A DNA stretch of 64,000 bases from assembly GCA_027604505.1 (NCBI GenBank), contig JADIIX010000024.1:62001-126000 (forward strand). Reading direction: 5' to 3'. The notes beneath the pieces are model-generated. The model saw nothing but the letters and a program-made list of their open reading frames with translations. It was not told where the DNA came from and ran no database searches. Below are positions 1 through 13,545 of this stretch, piece after piece. The position numbers were made by a program, and so were the translations under genes. The DNA comes from Gonapodya sp. JEL0774 (taxonomy: Eukaryota). Each line of letters starts with the position of its first letter. The stretch's first letter is position 1.

Positions 1-3000
1 TTTCAAGTTTTGACTTTTGGGCATCGGTGAAGTCGCCGTTGATTGTTTGCAGACGTAAAGCGGCTAGTTGAATAGCTATTCGCTCCTGGAGAGGGTAAAC
101 ATCTTTGGCAACGTTGTCTGCTGCCTGGGAAAAGAAATAGCGTGAGAACGAGAATGACGAAAATAAGCCAAAAATTTGGGCTCTCGATTACCTGAGCAGC
201 AAGAAGGTGATACTCTGTAGGATCTGACAGAATTTCCTGAGGATTCCGGAACACCCTCCTCTTCATCACAATCCGTGGTTCACTGGTGCTCGCTTTTTAA
301 ATGGAAGTTACTGAAAATACAAGAATGAAGAGAGGGACAAAAGTCATTCTTACAGTTGGTAGCTTCCTTTTTGTGTCCTTTTGCTGTGGCTAATGAGGGG
401 CTGCCTTGACCAATTGATCCGTCGAGCTTTTCCCACTTCGAAAGAAGATCCGATATGTATTCTTTATGTTTGATCAGGAGCTCTAGTGAGTTTGTGCAGT
501 ATGGGGTGATTGTTGTCCCCAAATAACTATAATGTTGGAATACACCCAACCCACCGTCCTTGCCACGACATTCATATAATGACCATCCCGCTGAGTCCTT
601 CAAATCAATGCGTCTGGAAAGATCTTTGATCGCTTGCGAGGCTGTCATGACAAGATCCGTCGGGAGGACTTTAACTTGGCCATCTAGAAGCTGGACTCGA
701 CACATCACGGGACTAGTTGTCTGGAAAGGCAATGTCAGGTATCCAACATTAAGTCAAAGATATAATGGAAGGAGTCCTGGTACAATCACGTACAACAACA
801 GCTTGAATCTCAGATGAGGATGGGGGAAGCCGTTTTGGTCCGTTCAAACTAATTTGCTTCAACCCTGCTCTGGCCATGACAACAAGTTTATGAAGCGTTG
901 ATTGATCTACGCAAGGAGAAATTATGTGGAGAATGTTCTAGGAGCAATCGAGTATTAAAATCGACATTAAAGTCTGCTCACCTTCTTTGTCTTTCGATTT
1001 CGTTTGCTCTTCTGTCCGCCGGATAAATGCCAAAAGAAACTTGGAGAAAGCTTTGCCCGCGGGGAAAGCGGACGTCGCAAGAGCCATCATTATCCAGCCG
1101 TTTTGCCGAATTTCGTTCCAGCTGTGGGAGAGCCAATCAAAGTCAAAGCATCCGGGTGCAACAAGGAGGTGTGAACGCACTTCTTCGGCACCTTGGCAGG
1201 CTCTGAAACCTGTCTGCATATCTGAACGAAGATTTCGTCTCGCAATTCAGGGTACTCGATACCAATTGTAATAATCTTTTTGGCAGCAGCGAATGCATCA
1301 TCGGGCTTCTTCCAGTTCGCCTCGAGGACTTTGAACAGCACTGTCGCGAATTCACAATGAATATAGAGTACCACACGATTAGAGGCGGTCTCCATGACAA
1401 GCAAACAGAAAGACTCACGTTTGAACGTTTCACAAGGAATCTCCACCAGCTTTTCACCCAATGCTGGCAGTCGGCAGATAGACATGGGAATAACGTCCTT
1501 CGTATAGGTGAGCATGTCCTGTATATCGAGCATCTTCGTCTTTTTGGCAAGAGTGCCACTTGTTTTGGAGTGGAACTACAAGGCCGTTAGTGAACGTCCT
1601 TCGCGGTGTCACAAGATGCTCTCACCTCAAAGTATTTTTCCCCATATGCTTTCATCGAAAATTCAGGAGCATTAATGTCAAAGTTATCCTTGGCATCGAT
1701 GCTATCTGCGGAGCCCTGATGATTGAGATTGTCATACCACCAGAGCACGGATTGCTAATATCTGACAACAGAACCTACCATCTCAACCAAGTCTTTAATT
1801 CGTCCGTTGGATCGAAGTTTCTTTTCGAGAGCGAGGTTCGTTCCACTTTGAGCCAGGTTTTCTTCGGAATCCGGCACTTTCTGTGTCTGCTTCCTTTTTA
1901 TCGTCATTTGACCAATCTCAGCATTAAGATTATCAAACATGCGTGAAAGGTCTTCATTTTTCGGCTTTGCAGGCTTTCCCTGGTTGGGCTGCTGGAAATC
2001 ACCCAGAAATGCAAAAAGGTTGTCTAACGCCGCTGTCTCGGGAGATTCAGCCGTGCCGTCGCCTTCTGATTGAGCAGCCCGCATTTTCTGCATCTCTTCT
2101 TGAAGCGCTTTCATCTGCGACCATTTGCAAGGTTCAAGTGAGTAGCTTGTCCGTTAGGATTCGCGTAGTGACGTACTCTGTCTTCTTCAACCTGCCTCCT
2201 CGCCTCCTCTTCTTTCTGAGCTGCGCTTTTTTCTTGCTCCTTACGCTTGGGATCATCGCCGTCCTTTCGTGCTTTTTGCCTTGCTTCGATCATTCTACGC
2301 AACATCTGTCTGGCCAACCAACCTCGAGTATCTGTGCGTTCCGAAGTTCGTCAGTACTAATGCGAATACGCAGAGATACACATAAACTGACGTGCTTGGA
2401 TCTTCACAATTCCTTTCCTGGTTTTCTTGTATCGACGCTTCATTATGAACATACGTACGGCTGCGGTTTCAAGGACATCAGCAACCAGGCGAAGCAGCAA
2501 ACCATAAGTTTCGCATACTCTTCTCCACTTTTATTGCGGCCGCTTTCTTCTTGAGGTAATTCTTGCGCGCTACATACGCTCGGAGATTCTTGGCAATAAT
2601 GAGCCCTTTCTCCTTGTATATCTTGTCACGAAGGGAGGCAAGAACATTGACCTGGGTATATGATGAAATAAAACTAGGTTTCGGTTCGTTCCCGAAGCTT
2701 GCACGTCAGGTTTTCACATACAGCGGGCAATCGGAGAAAAATCTTGGTCGCCCCTGCCTGGACAAGGTCCGTTGACAAACCAGCCGCCTTGACGATGGCA
2801 AAACACGAAGCTGTAGCGTCAGACGTAACTTTAGAAATGGCGAGGCATTTGTAACTGTTCGATAACAGTGTGGAGGTGTTAGAGTAGAACATGTAATCTC
2901 CCGTTGAAAAAAACCTACTTGGCCACAAAATCTGCAAACGGAAGCCGCACCGGGTATCCTGCCTTTCGAATCTTCACTGTATCTAGTAGTCCGGAATATC

Positions 3001-6000
3001 TCAGTTGTGCTGTCGTCGAAAACGTATTGTCCATCCATAAAAGTTAGCCTTGCGTAGACCGGCTCTCTAAGTGCAACTTACCGGTCACCATCTCAAGATT
3101 CCATTCAAATGCTACTTTGTTAGGATTCGGCTTTATGCACCGAACGTAGTGCGGGGTAGTGGCAGTCAAGGTGGAGACGAGCGCGTTGAGGGAGTTCTGG
3201 GAGGATGGACACGGAGGTTACCAAAGGCAGTTACGGTGAAGGTGATAGATGTTAGCACCAAAGTTTAATCATTTCAGATTTTCGAACCTTAAAATTGGTT
3301 GATGAGGTCGGTGCCTTCCCACCAGGGGCATTCTTTAATGCCTCCACTCGAGCTGCAAAGAGAGTCGCAACAAACTGGTTCTAATGGTTGTCATGAAGGG
3401 AGCCCAACAAATGCGTGAGTTTCTTAGTATTGATCGTAAGAGGCTATTGTTTAAAACTCTTGGATACTCACTTGACTATTCTCCACTAACGCAAACACCT
3501 CAGGCTGCACAGAGTCCCTGTTCTTCTCCAAGAACCCTTGGACTGTGTACATGACTTCTCCAGCGTAGTGGCGAATACCAAAGACACCTTTGGCCGTTTT
3601 AGGCTTGACGTAGTGGTCCGAGTTCGGAGGCTTTGCGAAGGCGTCGTTCATCTTGGAGAGCCAAGTCTCGTCGGAGCCCTTTGGGAAACGAGTTTCTTCG
3701 TCGAGAGTACCAAGGATACCGAGCTTCGCCTGAGGACATTTGCACAGTGCTTTCGGGATATTGAGAGAAATCTTCCACGAAAAGCGGACCCACCTCGATG
3801 AGATCGATGACGCCCTGGTTGTCGACGAAGTTAATTTTACTCCACTGAATTTTCTCCTTCTCATACTGAGGTAGGATATTTGAGGTAGTAAAAGGTGCGT
3901 AAAAGGTGCGTTGAACAAACTGGTCAGTTTGTCATCAACACTCAGTCAGTCCACTTCGCAACCCACCTCGATCTGCTCCAGCTTAAAGATAAACTGATTG
4001 AAAAATTGTTGCAGCTTCTCGTTGGTGAAATTACTAAGCAAACCGGAGTTGGGCAAAAAAACCATTGTTTTCCAGCAACACTTCGTTACCCACATGCAAA
4101 GCTGCTCAAAGCTATTTATTTGAAACACTTCAAATCCGAAAATATCCAGCACGCCCACGAAACACTGATCTCCAACTTCGTCTTTCTTCTTCAGTGCCGC
4201 ATTGATGACCTCCACAAGTCTCTGGAACAAACCATCGTACACATTCTTTGCCACTGCGTCCCTGTTATCCGCTGCCTGATCCGGTTTCAAGTTAACCAGT
4301 GTTGTTTCGTTGCGAATTGTGAGTCGTTTGAAGCAGAGAACCTCCGCGAGCTTTTTGGCATCACACCCAATCATCCCACACACCGCGTCCAAAGTGTCTT
4401 TGTTCGAGACCTCGGACTGCTCCCCACCAGATCGCGGAGTGAACTTGACATTCCCCAAATGAAGAACTGCGCTTAGAACTCGGAAGCACCCTTCAATGTC
4501 CGCCGGGGTCATGCCCAGCACAGTCATGGCAAGCTTGAGCGCCTGCCAGTGCTTGGTGTCGTTCACGCCCGGTATGTCCACACAGCCAGACTGATTCAAG
4601 TAGAAGTACGCTGAAGGTTCGAGAAGCTGGTACTTCTGCTTTTCTTCCGGGCTTGCACCAATAACCATATGGTAAAAGCAGTGGTCTACAGAGGGGGGGC
4701 ATCCAAAGTGACACCACGAAAATGATTTTGAGCCAAATACGTTGACGGATTCCGCTTCTCGACGTTACTCACAGTTTCGCTCAGACGGTGCCTGTCTCGT
4801 CACACGCGATTTCTCAAGGAGATCTGGGGTGGTCGTAGAAGTTATCCACTAAGTCAGTCGCGCGCTCGCCAACGAATAAGCGTCAACAAGTCTTCCACAT
4901 TGTAGACTGTGCAGTTGTGATCCCCAACTGATGTAAAAAGCAAACGGGATTCCGTATGCAACTCGCTCCACTAAAGCGAATCTCATCTTCCTGCCCCCTC
5001 CCCCGGTAACTACATGATGCCATCCTTGATCTCAACGACTCACAATTGACAATCTGCGCCCCGGTGATCTGCGCTGTCTTTCCAAACTGGATTTGAATGA
5101 ACTTTCCGAAACGGGAAGAGTTGTTGTTACGGACGGTTTTGGCGTTACCTGTGGGAAGCCAAAAGTCAAGATCAGAATGAGTTGGGGGAACTCGCAAAGA
5201 CGATGTGCGAGATGGAAGAGGTGGGGATGACCACCAATCAAGTTGCAGGAGTCTTGCAGTAACGGAGACACTTTGAAGTCGCTCTTGGATGCTAATAGGT
5301 CTCCGATCAATAGCAAAACGCATGACACGGCGCCATGACAATTCTCATTTCACGTTCCGGGAGTTGTTTCTACTGAAGGAACCCGTCTCGTGGATGCCTG
5401 CATGCATGCTCACCAAACGCTTCGAGAATAGTGTTCGACTCGAGGATCTGCTGTTCCACCCAGGACTCTTGATTCGCTTGGGTGGTGACAGCAGTGAGAT
5501 ATTGAAGGATGTATTTGGTGGATTCCTGAGCAGGTGGGATTGACACCAACGAGCGCCCGAGCCAGTAGATGCGGTGCAAGGCACGACAAGACAAAGTCAG
5601 TCGCCCAACCAAGCTCCCTAAACTCATTTGAAGCCTTACCGACTTCCCCGCTCCCGATTCTCCAGAGATGATAACACCCTGGTTCTTACGATTTTGCAGA
5701 ACATTGGCGTAGGCAGCTTCAGCGACGGCAAAAATGTGAGGAGGATTATCAGTGAGCTTGCTACCGCGGTGGCGCTTGATATATTCCTGTGAACGTGGTG
5801 GAAAATCAGCCAGTGTGATGCACTACCCCACGAGAAGGAACGGCCATGGCGTGAAAAGCGCACACAAGCATCCTATTTTGCAGAATATCTTCTGTCGTAT
5901 TTGACGAATTGGTGCTGTGGCGCTGTGCAACCACTCTTGGTAGCTCCACTAAGTTGGGTTGGTCACGAAGTCCCATCGGTTTTAGACTCGTTCCTTTTCC

Positions 6001-6210
6001 TCTCCTTCGTGTAATGTGCACATTCTTAGCCCAGACCCAGCCACCTACTTGTGAGAATATCGGTTGTACTTCGTACGGGTTGAGGGCAACAAGAATAGTT
6101 CCGGTCAAGGTATAGATGATCTTCTTTTCGTATCGAACTCTGAGGTTGTTGAGAATGGACTCCTCAGTGAGCTCATCGAGCTGGATCATATCATCTGTGC
6201 CGGCAGACAT
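1..6210 (-). CDS. MyTH4-FERM unconventional myosin (class XXII/VII-like), multi-exon, 3' end runs off the window
   Basis: Motor motifs in successive exons: [96 protein letters not shown]-like segments at about 2300-2600, then a charged helix. MyTH4: [43 protein letters not shown] start: RVQLLDG...WSLYE. Confidence 0.93.
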
Positions 6211-6823
6211 CGCTGGATGATTTCTGTGCTAAGGTGTACAATGGGGAGCAGGAGGGATCAGGTCGACTGCTTCCAATTACAGCAGGGGGATGACCTGGAC
6301 GAATGCACTTTGCCCACTACGAGCAGCGGAGAAGCGAAGACGATTGGGAGCGGGCAACGGGCACGGTCTGGCCACGCAGCTGGAACAAGGATGAAGTTAC
6401 GATCGGATCGGTGTCCCTTCACTTTACCCGCACTCGACGAGGCCACACAACCAACACACAACGCGAAGAAAACCCATTCGTACACAACTCAACTTAGCTG
6501 CACTTCTATCAATCAATTAACTATCGATATCATGCAACTCCAAAATCGATAACAGAGAAACGTAGGAACCACGACGGAGGGACCATCGGCAATTTTTGTT
6601 TTATGCTGTAACACGAGTACACGCACTTTTCGGCTCAAGATGTCTGCATGTATATGCAATTGCATGCGTAATTGTGCAGCGATTCGCCTCGTTGCCTTCA
6701 TACACAAGCCGTAGGCGTAATTCACTCTTCGTTCTTCTCGATCCCGGTATGATCCGGCATGCGGATCCCCAACCATTTTCTTCACCTTCGTCTCGTGCCA
6801 TCTCTGGCTCCACCCAGCGTGTT

Positions 6824-9800
6824 ATGTCACTTTTACAGGCCTCGCCATACGCGACGTCCATGGCACCACCCGCCCGCAGATTCGCACGATCCGCCAGACG
6901 CGCGACGCTTTCTCCGATCTCTGGTGTCGCTGACCTGCGATGGGACCGTGACGCCGATCTGGCGGAGGAGAATCTGAGGCTGAAGAGGTTGTGTAACAGT
7001 CTGACCAAGGAGGCGAGAGTCATGGCAGGGAAAGTGCGTGCCGCAACAGAGGATTTGGAACGCGTGGAGCGAAAGTACGCGGACTTATGGGTGAGTGCAA
7101 TGCTCATGGTGCTTGAGTGAACTGTTCACCGGACAATGACTTGGGAACTCCACGACGGACTCATCTCCATCAATACGCCTGGCAATTGGCTACCCTCTTC
7201 CAAACACTCACTTGGAAATTCTAACGCCTCACTCAGGCGCTCTCATTGGGCCCCAACCCATCCACCTCCACCCTACGATCGGAACAAACACTCTCCGTCA
7301 ACCTCAAACGTCTTCTCCGCTCGCGAACTGCTGAGCTGGATAGCTTGCGAGCTGCATATGATGCAGTGCGGGACGATGTGCGACACGTGCGGGTGCAGCA
7401 AATGGAGCAGGAGTTGGCGCGGTGCCTGCGTGAGATCATGGAGCTCAAAATGAAGAGCGAAGAGGAGGCAGAAAAGGCGCAGAAAGCCACTCTACGGGAG
7501 GAAGAAGGAGAGGTGATGTCACAATGGGGCAGTCGTGATTCGGCAGGCAGGAACCGTGGAACCATCGAAGCTAGGCCGCTGGCAAGGAGCCCTTCCAGAG
7601 AGTCCCATCTCCGAACGATGTCCCGCGACCGCCCCGAGCAGAGGAAAAAGGAACGTGATAGCGATCGTGAGAGACTTGCCAGGCTTGAGAGCACCGTGAG
7701 GAGGTTGGTGGAGGAGAAAAAGGAGATGCAGGGTGCGTTTCACAGATACTGTTCAAAACATCCAACTGGCCTCATAGTCATTTTCTGATACATGTTCCGA
7801 TCTCGAATCATTCTGTCCTCGCTGGTGAAAACGTCCATGCACCCCATTCAGAGCATCTTCGCTTTCACCCTCGGTCGCACACTAACCTCACGGAACCTGC
7901 GTCAGCTGCACCCCGCCCTACGTCCTCGAAGGTGAGCCTTGCATTCGCCACCATCTCCCACTCAAACTCAATTTCGCTTGAATGGGGCATTTCGTGCTGC
8001 TCACCTCTGTGTTATACTTTAGCCTGTCACTCTCCATCACCCTCGGGTTGTCTCATCTGATCCTCGAGCTCCCACATCCTCATCTTCTCCTAAGGTGCCA
8101 CCAAAGCATGGACCGGTTCATTCGGCACCTCCATTCCACCACCCCTCCACTGTGCGACATCCACATGTCGTGCACGATCATCGGGAGGTCGACTCGCACC
8201 CACCACGATTGGCGCAACAAACTACGAAAGGGTGAGACCTCGCTTGTTTTTAATTTATTGTGGCAGTTTCACCTATTTTGAGGTCCCTGACAGGTCCCAC
8301 CCCACGGTCAGCCTACAACATGCCCTCTCTCACTCAACGCTCGTTCCCCATCCGACAACAGACTCGGAGACTCTCTGGATGGTCCTCTCGGCACCATACG
8401 CCGCGTATCTTGTAGCGTTCGTGATTCTCCTTTTCATGCCCTCAGAGTGAGGGGTATTTCAGTTCACAAGGTTACCCTTTACCACAGCCACCACTCGCGT
8501 ACAGCCATCCCTGGCACTGCTTCTATCGAACATCTTACGTCGATTCGCCAAGCAGGCTCAACGAGCGACAAAATCCACTGGAGTGGCCCAACCAGATCGA
8601 GCACCCGGTTGGATCACACGAAAGACTCCGGAGCAAGAAGTGGCTCGCGGGAAAGAATGGGGGATGTGCGAGTGGCCTCGAGAACTGATATGAGAGAGGA
8701 AGATATGTAAGCTGGGATTGCGACTTGGGAGAGTGTTTATCTGCTTCCGTGATTCAGCGTCCGCATGTATTGAACTCCCTCAGTCAACACCCCACCCCAA
8801 CCTTGACCCCCGTAGATGTCGAGGCTTCTTGGTATACCTTCACAACTCCTGTCTATTCCTCGTTTTTCAATTCGTAAGGCTCGCTCAATTGGATCTTCCG
8901 CTGTCACCCCTGATTGTCGTTTCACTGCAACAGCCGAACACCCACTCCTCATGTCGCCCTTCCCCCACTGCAATCGGCTCCCACTGCCGCGCGTGCGCGT
9001 TTGCCCGCATCTCCTGCCGGATCATCTCACTTGAAACTCTCCAGCGACAGAGACCCGTCCAACCCACTACTCGGCCCTGCCGTGGGACTGGCGTCTCCAC
9101 CTCCCACTCGCGCTGCACGATTACGTAGTCGACATGCTGGGAAGAGTGGGAGCAGTAGAGATATAGGACCTAAGACCGAAGACGAAGCGGCCCGTAAGCT
9201 GCAGGGGGCGTGGCGACGATGGAAGGCACGCAAAGGAGCTGCAGCAAGTCGTGGGAACGGGAACGAGAGGGGCAAAGTGCAGTCGCTGAGGGTTGAAATT
9301 CCGAAGGCCAGCAGGAAAAGGTAAATTGAATTTCGAGCACCAGTGCCGTGGTCTCCACCAACGAAAGCTTACTCCGACGACCGAAAGCGCTTCGGATGAT
9401 CCCTTCCTCCTCACATCGTCTCCCTACGAAGTTTTTCTTGCTCGTTCCTCCCCTCACGCCGTCTCTCCATCACCCCTCTCTGCTTCCGAGTTTCCCGTCC
9501 AGCATATCTCCCGTACCGCCATCTCTTCATCCCCTGCACGAACTACGAGCGCATCGTCTCCTAAGTTATCCTCCCCCCAGTCCCCGTCTCTGCACAGCTC
9601 CACACGGCCCACCCAGCCGTCTCCCCTCTCCCGAATTTCTTACCCCGCTCCTCCGTCAAACCATGGAAGCATGAGCATATCCGGCAGCAACGGCGGTCTG
9701 GTTCCCTTGGAAAGATCTATTGACGTTGCAGACCTCGATAGATTTGCGACCAGGGTACAGACAGCCTACCGGGGCTGGAGCGTGAGGAGGATGGGTTTGG

Positions 9801-11399
9801 AGGCTGCCGCGAGCAAAGCCGTGGGTGAGAGGAAGCGAAAACCACTGGCGGAAGAGTGAGTTGCCTACTTGGGGAGCGACTGAGAGGATTCGAGATGCTC
9901 AATCACCTCAATTGCTCTCACCAGTCAATGGGACGCACTCACTGGCAAGGTTTACGCAACCTTCCTTGCCGGTCGCCATCCATCTACTCAGAAGCCGATC
10001 GCAAATGAAATAGACGCAGGCATGACCGCTGCGCCGACATCCCGTGAAATGAAAGTGAACGTGCCCGGCTTGATACACGCTGTCTCGCCTGTTCCCGTCA
10101 CGTCTATGGTCGCCCCTGCTGTACAGGTTACGCGATCGGAAAGCTCACGGATAGGAATGAAAGTAACCAACATCGAGGAAGAGTGAGCGCATATTGTTGT
10201 ATCCCTCTGAGTCAAGTTCTTTTGTAAAGCCCGCACATCCTCCCAACACTCATCAGCTCTTGGTCGACACTTACCGCGGCACCTTACGCCAAGTATCTCC
10301 ACCATCACTCGACAACACCTGTGCACTCACCATCTGCAACCTCGCCAGTTCCCACGTCCACGACGCCCACGCGCCACTCCCGCGCTCCAAGCGCAGCCTC
10401 CCTCATCCTCGACCACGCACACCGATCCCGAAACGCAAGCGGCGGATCCCTTTCGAGCAACACGGGTGGTCTACGATCGCTCGCTGGGAAAAACTCCAGT
10501 GCGGGATCTCCTCACGCAGAGCCCATGGCGTCTTCCGCCAGCGCCCAGCGCCCGCCGTCTCTCGCGCGGATGGGAAGCTTGGGTGGTGGCGGTGGATTGG
10601 CTTCGGGAGCGCACATCAAGTCGCCCCTTCGGGTCGCCGCCATGGTCGAGGAGGGGGAGTGGGAAGTCCATGGAGGATCGGACGGGGAGCGCCAGAGGGC
10701 TGCGGTGAAGGTTCAGGCCGCGTTCCGGGGCCACCGTGTGCGCAAGGCGATAAAAGCGGAGCCAGGTCGTCATGGTGTTGGAAAGGGTGGTGGGGGGACA
10801 GATCAGGTATCAGAAACAGTGGAACTGCCAACGGGTTCGAAGATGATTTTTGGAAATGAGAATGGACGGGGAGAAGACGAAGTGGTGGAGGAAGAGGAGT
10901 GGTTGCTCTCTGAGAGCGAGGGAGAGGATGAAGCGGACGGGACTGTGGGGAGTGCCGAAGGTGGAAGTCGAGATGCCGGTCCTAAGGAGCAATCGCACGC
11001 TTCACTCGTGCTGACCCAGCCCACGTGAGTTGGCGATTGGCTTGTGGTTGGCTTAGTCTAATATTCTCGACCTGTATGCTCGCACTTCCACCCAGAACTC
11101 ACCCTCATCCACCCCAATCACCACCCCTCCTCGACGACCCGTGGTGGTCCCTCACCACTCCACTTTACTCAACTTAGTACGTAATGTCTCTTTTGCCACC
11201 CTTTTCTCCCCTGCCCTCTCTGCCCGCGCCACCTCTCCAATAACCATGTTCTTGTATGTTCCTGCTTTTACACAGCCTCGCCCACCCTCCCGCTCCTCGC
11301 CTCCTACCCCCTGCAAAGCGCAACGGAAGTTCATCGTCGGTTGGCTCCGTGGGGTCTGTGGTAGGGTCCGTGGGGAGGAAATTGGGATTGTTTGGATGA
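6824..11399 (+). CDS. IQCE-like coiled-coil and multi-IQ-motif protein (multi-exon; start, end and single-gene status uncertain)
   Basis: N-terminal coiled coils DLAEENLRLKRLCNSL... and LSVNLKRLLR...VRVQQMEQELARCLREI resemble IQCE. IQ motifs AARKLQGAWRRWKARK, ATRVQTAYRGWSVRR and AAVKVQAAFRGHRVRK are separated by S/P-rich linkers. Confidence 0.55.
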
Positions 11400-11738
11400 T
11401 GACCAGACGCCAACGTGGGGGTGGGGTCGAGAGGTGTCCCGTCATGGCATGGACTAGATGATGGTGCTGGGGGTTCTTGAAGGCTTGCATGACGCTGCAG
11501 GGGAATGGGAGCCGGTGCACAAAAAGTATTTTTCTTTGATATGTATTGGTCTGTTGCCTTTGTTGAATATACACGGAAAGGTTCTCAGAGATGGATGAAA
11601 TGGCGTGTCTACATCGCGGGCACGGGCGAGCGGGACACCATGTGGAGTCCGGGACTGCGTGTGTCAGAGGCAGTGACTCCACACCGGGCCATTTCTGCCC
11701 GCAAACAATGGGTGACAAGCCCGTGGGTAGTCAAAGTT

Positions 11739-13126
11739 TCAAGATGACCCGCCATAGTATACCCGCTACGTAGTGAGGGTGACACGAAACGAGGGAGAGA
11801 GAGTTGCGAAATGGGGGTAAGTGGACTGGTTGGCCATCAAAACAGCCACGAAACCGTGAACGTCACCATTCCGATACCATCACTATAACCGGAGAACCCA
11901 TTCCAATCTAATGACCACGTCACATTCTTTCACCGCCACTCGGCCCATCTGGCCATATCTCACCAAACCACCCGACTCGAACCCGCTCCACTTTTACCGC
12001 ACTCAATCGACCCACTCTCAACCCACCTGCACATCGACGATCTTCCTGCCTCTCCTCTTGGCCACGTCCTCAGCCCTAGTCTGTTTCTTGAGCGCCTCGT
12101 ATGCGGCCTTGACAACGTTCATGGGGTTGGTGGAGCCGACGACCTTGGCAGTACAGTCGCGGATGCCCGAGGCGGTGAGAAGGGTGTGGATGTTGCGGTT
12201 GGCGACGAGGCCGTGGCCTTCGGGGGTGGGGGTTGCGGGGTTAGTGTGATGTAATGAGATGTAGCCCTTTGCTTGGTCCTGCCTCCAAGCTTCTTTGCCC
12301 ACTCACCTGGGGCTCTCGTCCACAGCCTGACCTTTGACGCGCCATACTGGTTTTCTACATCGTGCCAGAGGGTCCTGTTTTCGTATCTTTCGATAGGCTG
12401 AAGGTTGGCGATGGCCCGACGGAGCGCCTTTTGGACTGCCGAGTTGAGATCGGGGGATTTGCCCTCGCCTATGCCTGCGGCGCCGGATTGGTTTCCTGAA
12501 GAGTGCGAGTTTCGTGTAGTGGTTGTGGATTGGAGGAGCGTGCACGGGGAGGATTGAGCGGTATTCACGACAGTGTGAAACCAAACATACACACACGATA
12601 GAATGTAACAAGAACGAGAGAATAAGACAAAGAAAAATTTCACGGAGAAGGAAAAAAGCTGACCTACGACGACCATTGCCCACAGGCGTCGCACTTTGCC
12701 CGCTCTTGACTGCCTGACAACCCGGCGAACATGGATGAGTCGCTTAAACAGCGCGTTCCCATTTGTTGGGTTTGGGGGGATGTCTGACTGCTGTGGTCGG
12801 GCAGCAAATGTCGGAGAGGGCCGCGTGAGTCTGGGGGGACGCGGCTGCTGTGGTTGTGTTGGTTGGGTTGAGGGGAGAGGAGAAGATGGGGATGCCCGAG
12901 CGGGGGGGGTGTCCGCAACAGCTGCGCATGGAGTTACAGAAGCGTGCAAGAGTCTGCGTTGAGGCTGGCCGTGTCCAGACAGGGCCGGTGTGCGCGGTGT
13001 GCCTGGTGCTGGTGTCCAATCCATACATCTCGCCGGCGACGACACTCCCGAACAGGCGACAGACGCCGCCACTCGACTCGGTATCGATCGCACGGATCCA
13101 GCCGATAAAAATCGCCCAAGCATCAT
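11739..13126 (-). CDS. MRPS5: Mitochondrial ribosomal protein uS5m
   Basis: R/S-rich presequence; RRVVRQSRAGK..AMVVVG, GIGEGKS, IERYENRT, GIRDCTAKVVGSTNPMNVVKA. Final exon RVYYGGSS* at 11765-11739. Confidence 0.92.
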
Positions 13127-13545
13127 CTCTTTTCCGTTGCCGTTGCCGAGCTCTTCCACGAGCGTCCGGAAAACTGTTGCTCCAAGAAGTCGCTTTGGTC
13201 AGAGGTGATGATCACAAACCCAGCTTATCTCCCAATGGAGAGTGGAAAGAAGAGGTTCCGGTGCTCTTTTTGACATTACCGGTGGCAGATTTAAATATAT
13301 GGAAGCTTCATTCGCTTTCGTAACTCCTTCAAGTACTTTTTCTAGACACTTTTGCCTCTGGACACGCGCGGCGCGACTTTCTGTTCAAATAAAACTCTTT
13401 AATCCAAAAGCAGACAGTTGTATCAAATTTGAATATTGCGGAGGGTAATCATGATCAGTTCACCTTTCTTTTTTTGTGAAGACTCGGACTGGTCTTCACA
13501 TCGTTTTGTGAATCCAACCCATTCTCCTTTCTCATTCACGAGTCC

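Noticed and set aside
11960..12000. GGGTTCGAGTC (tRNA T-loop-like) on the minus strand in the last MRPS5 intron
   Set aside because: The flanks do not form a T-stem or acceptor stem, so there is no cloverleaf.
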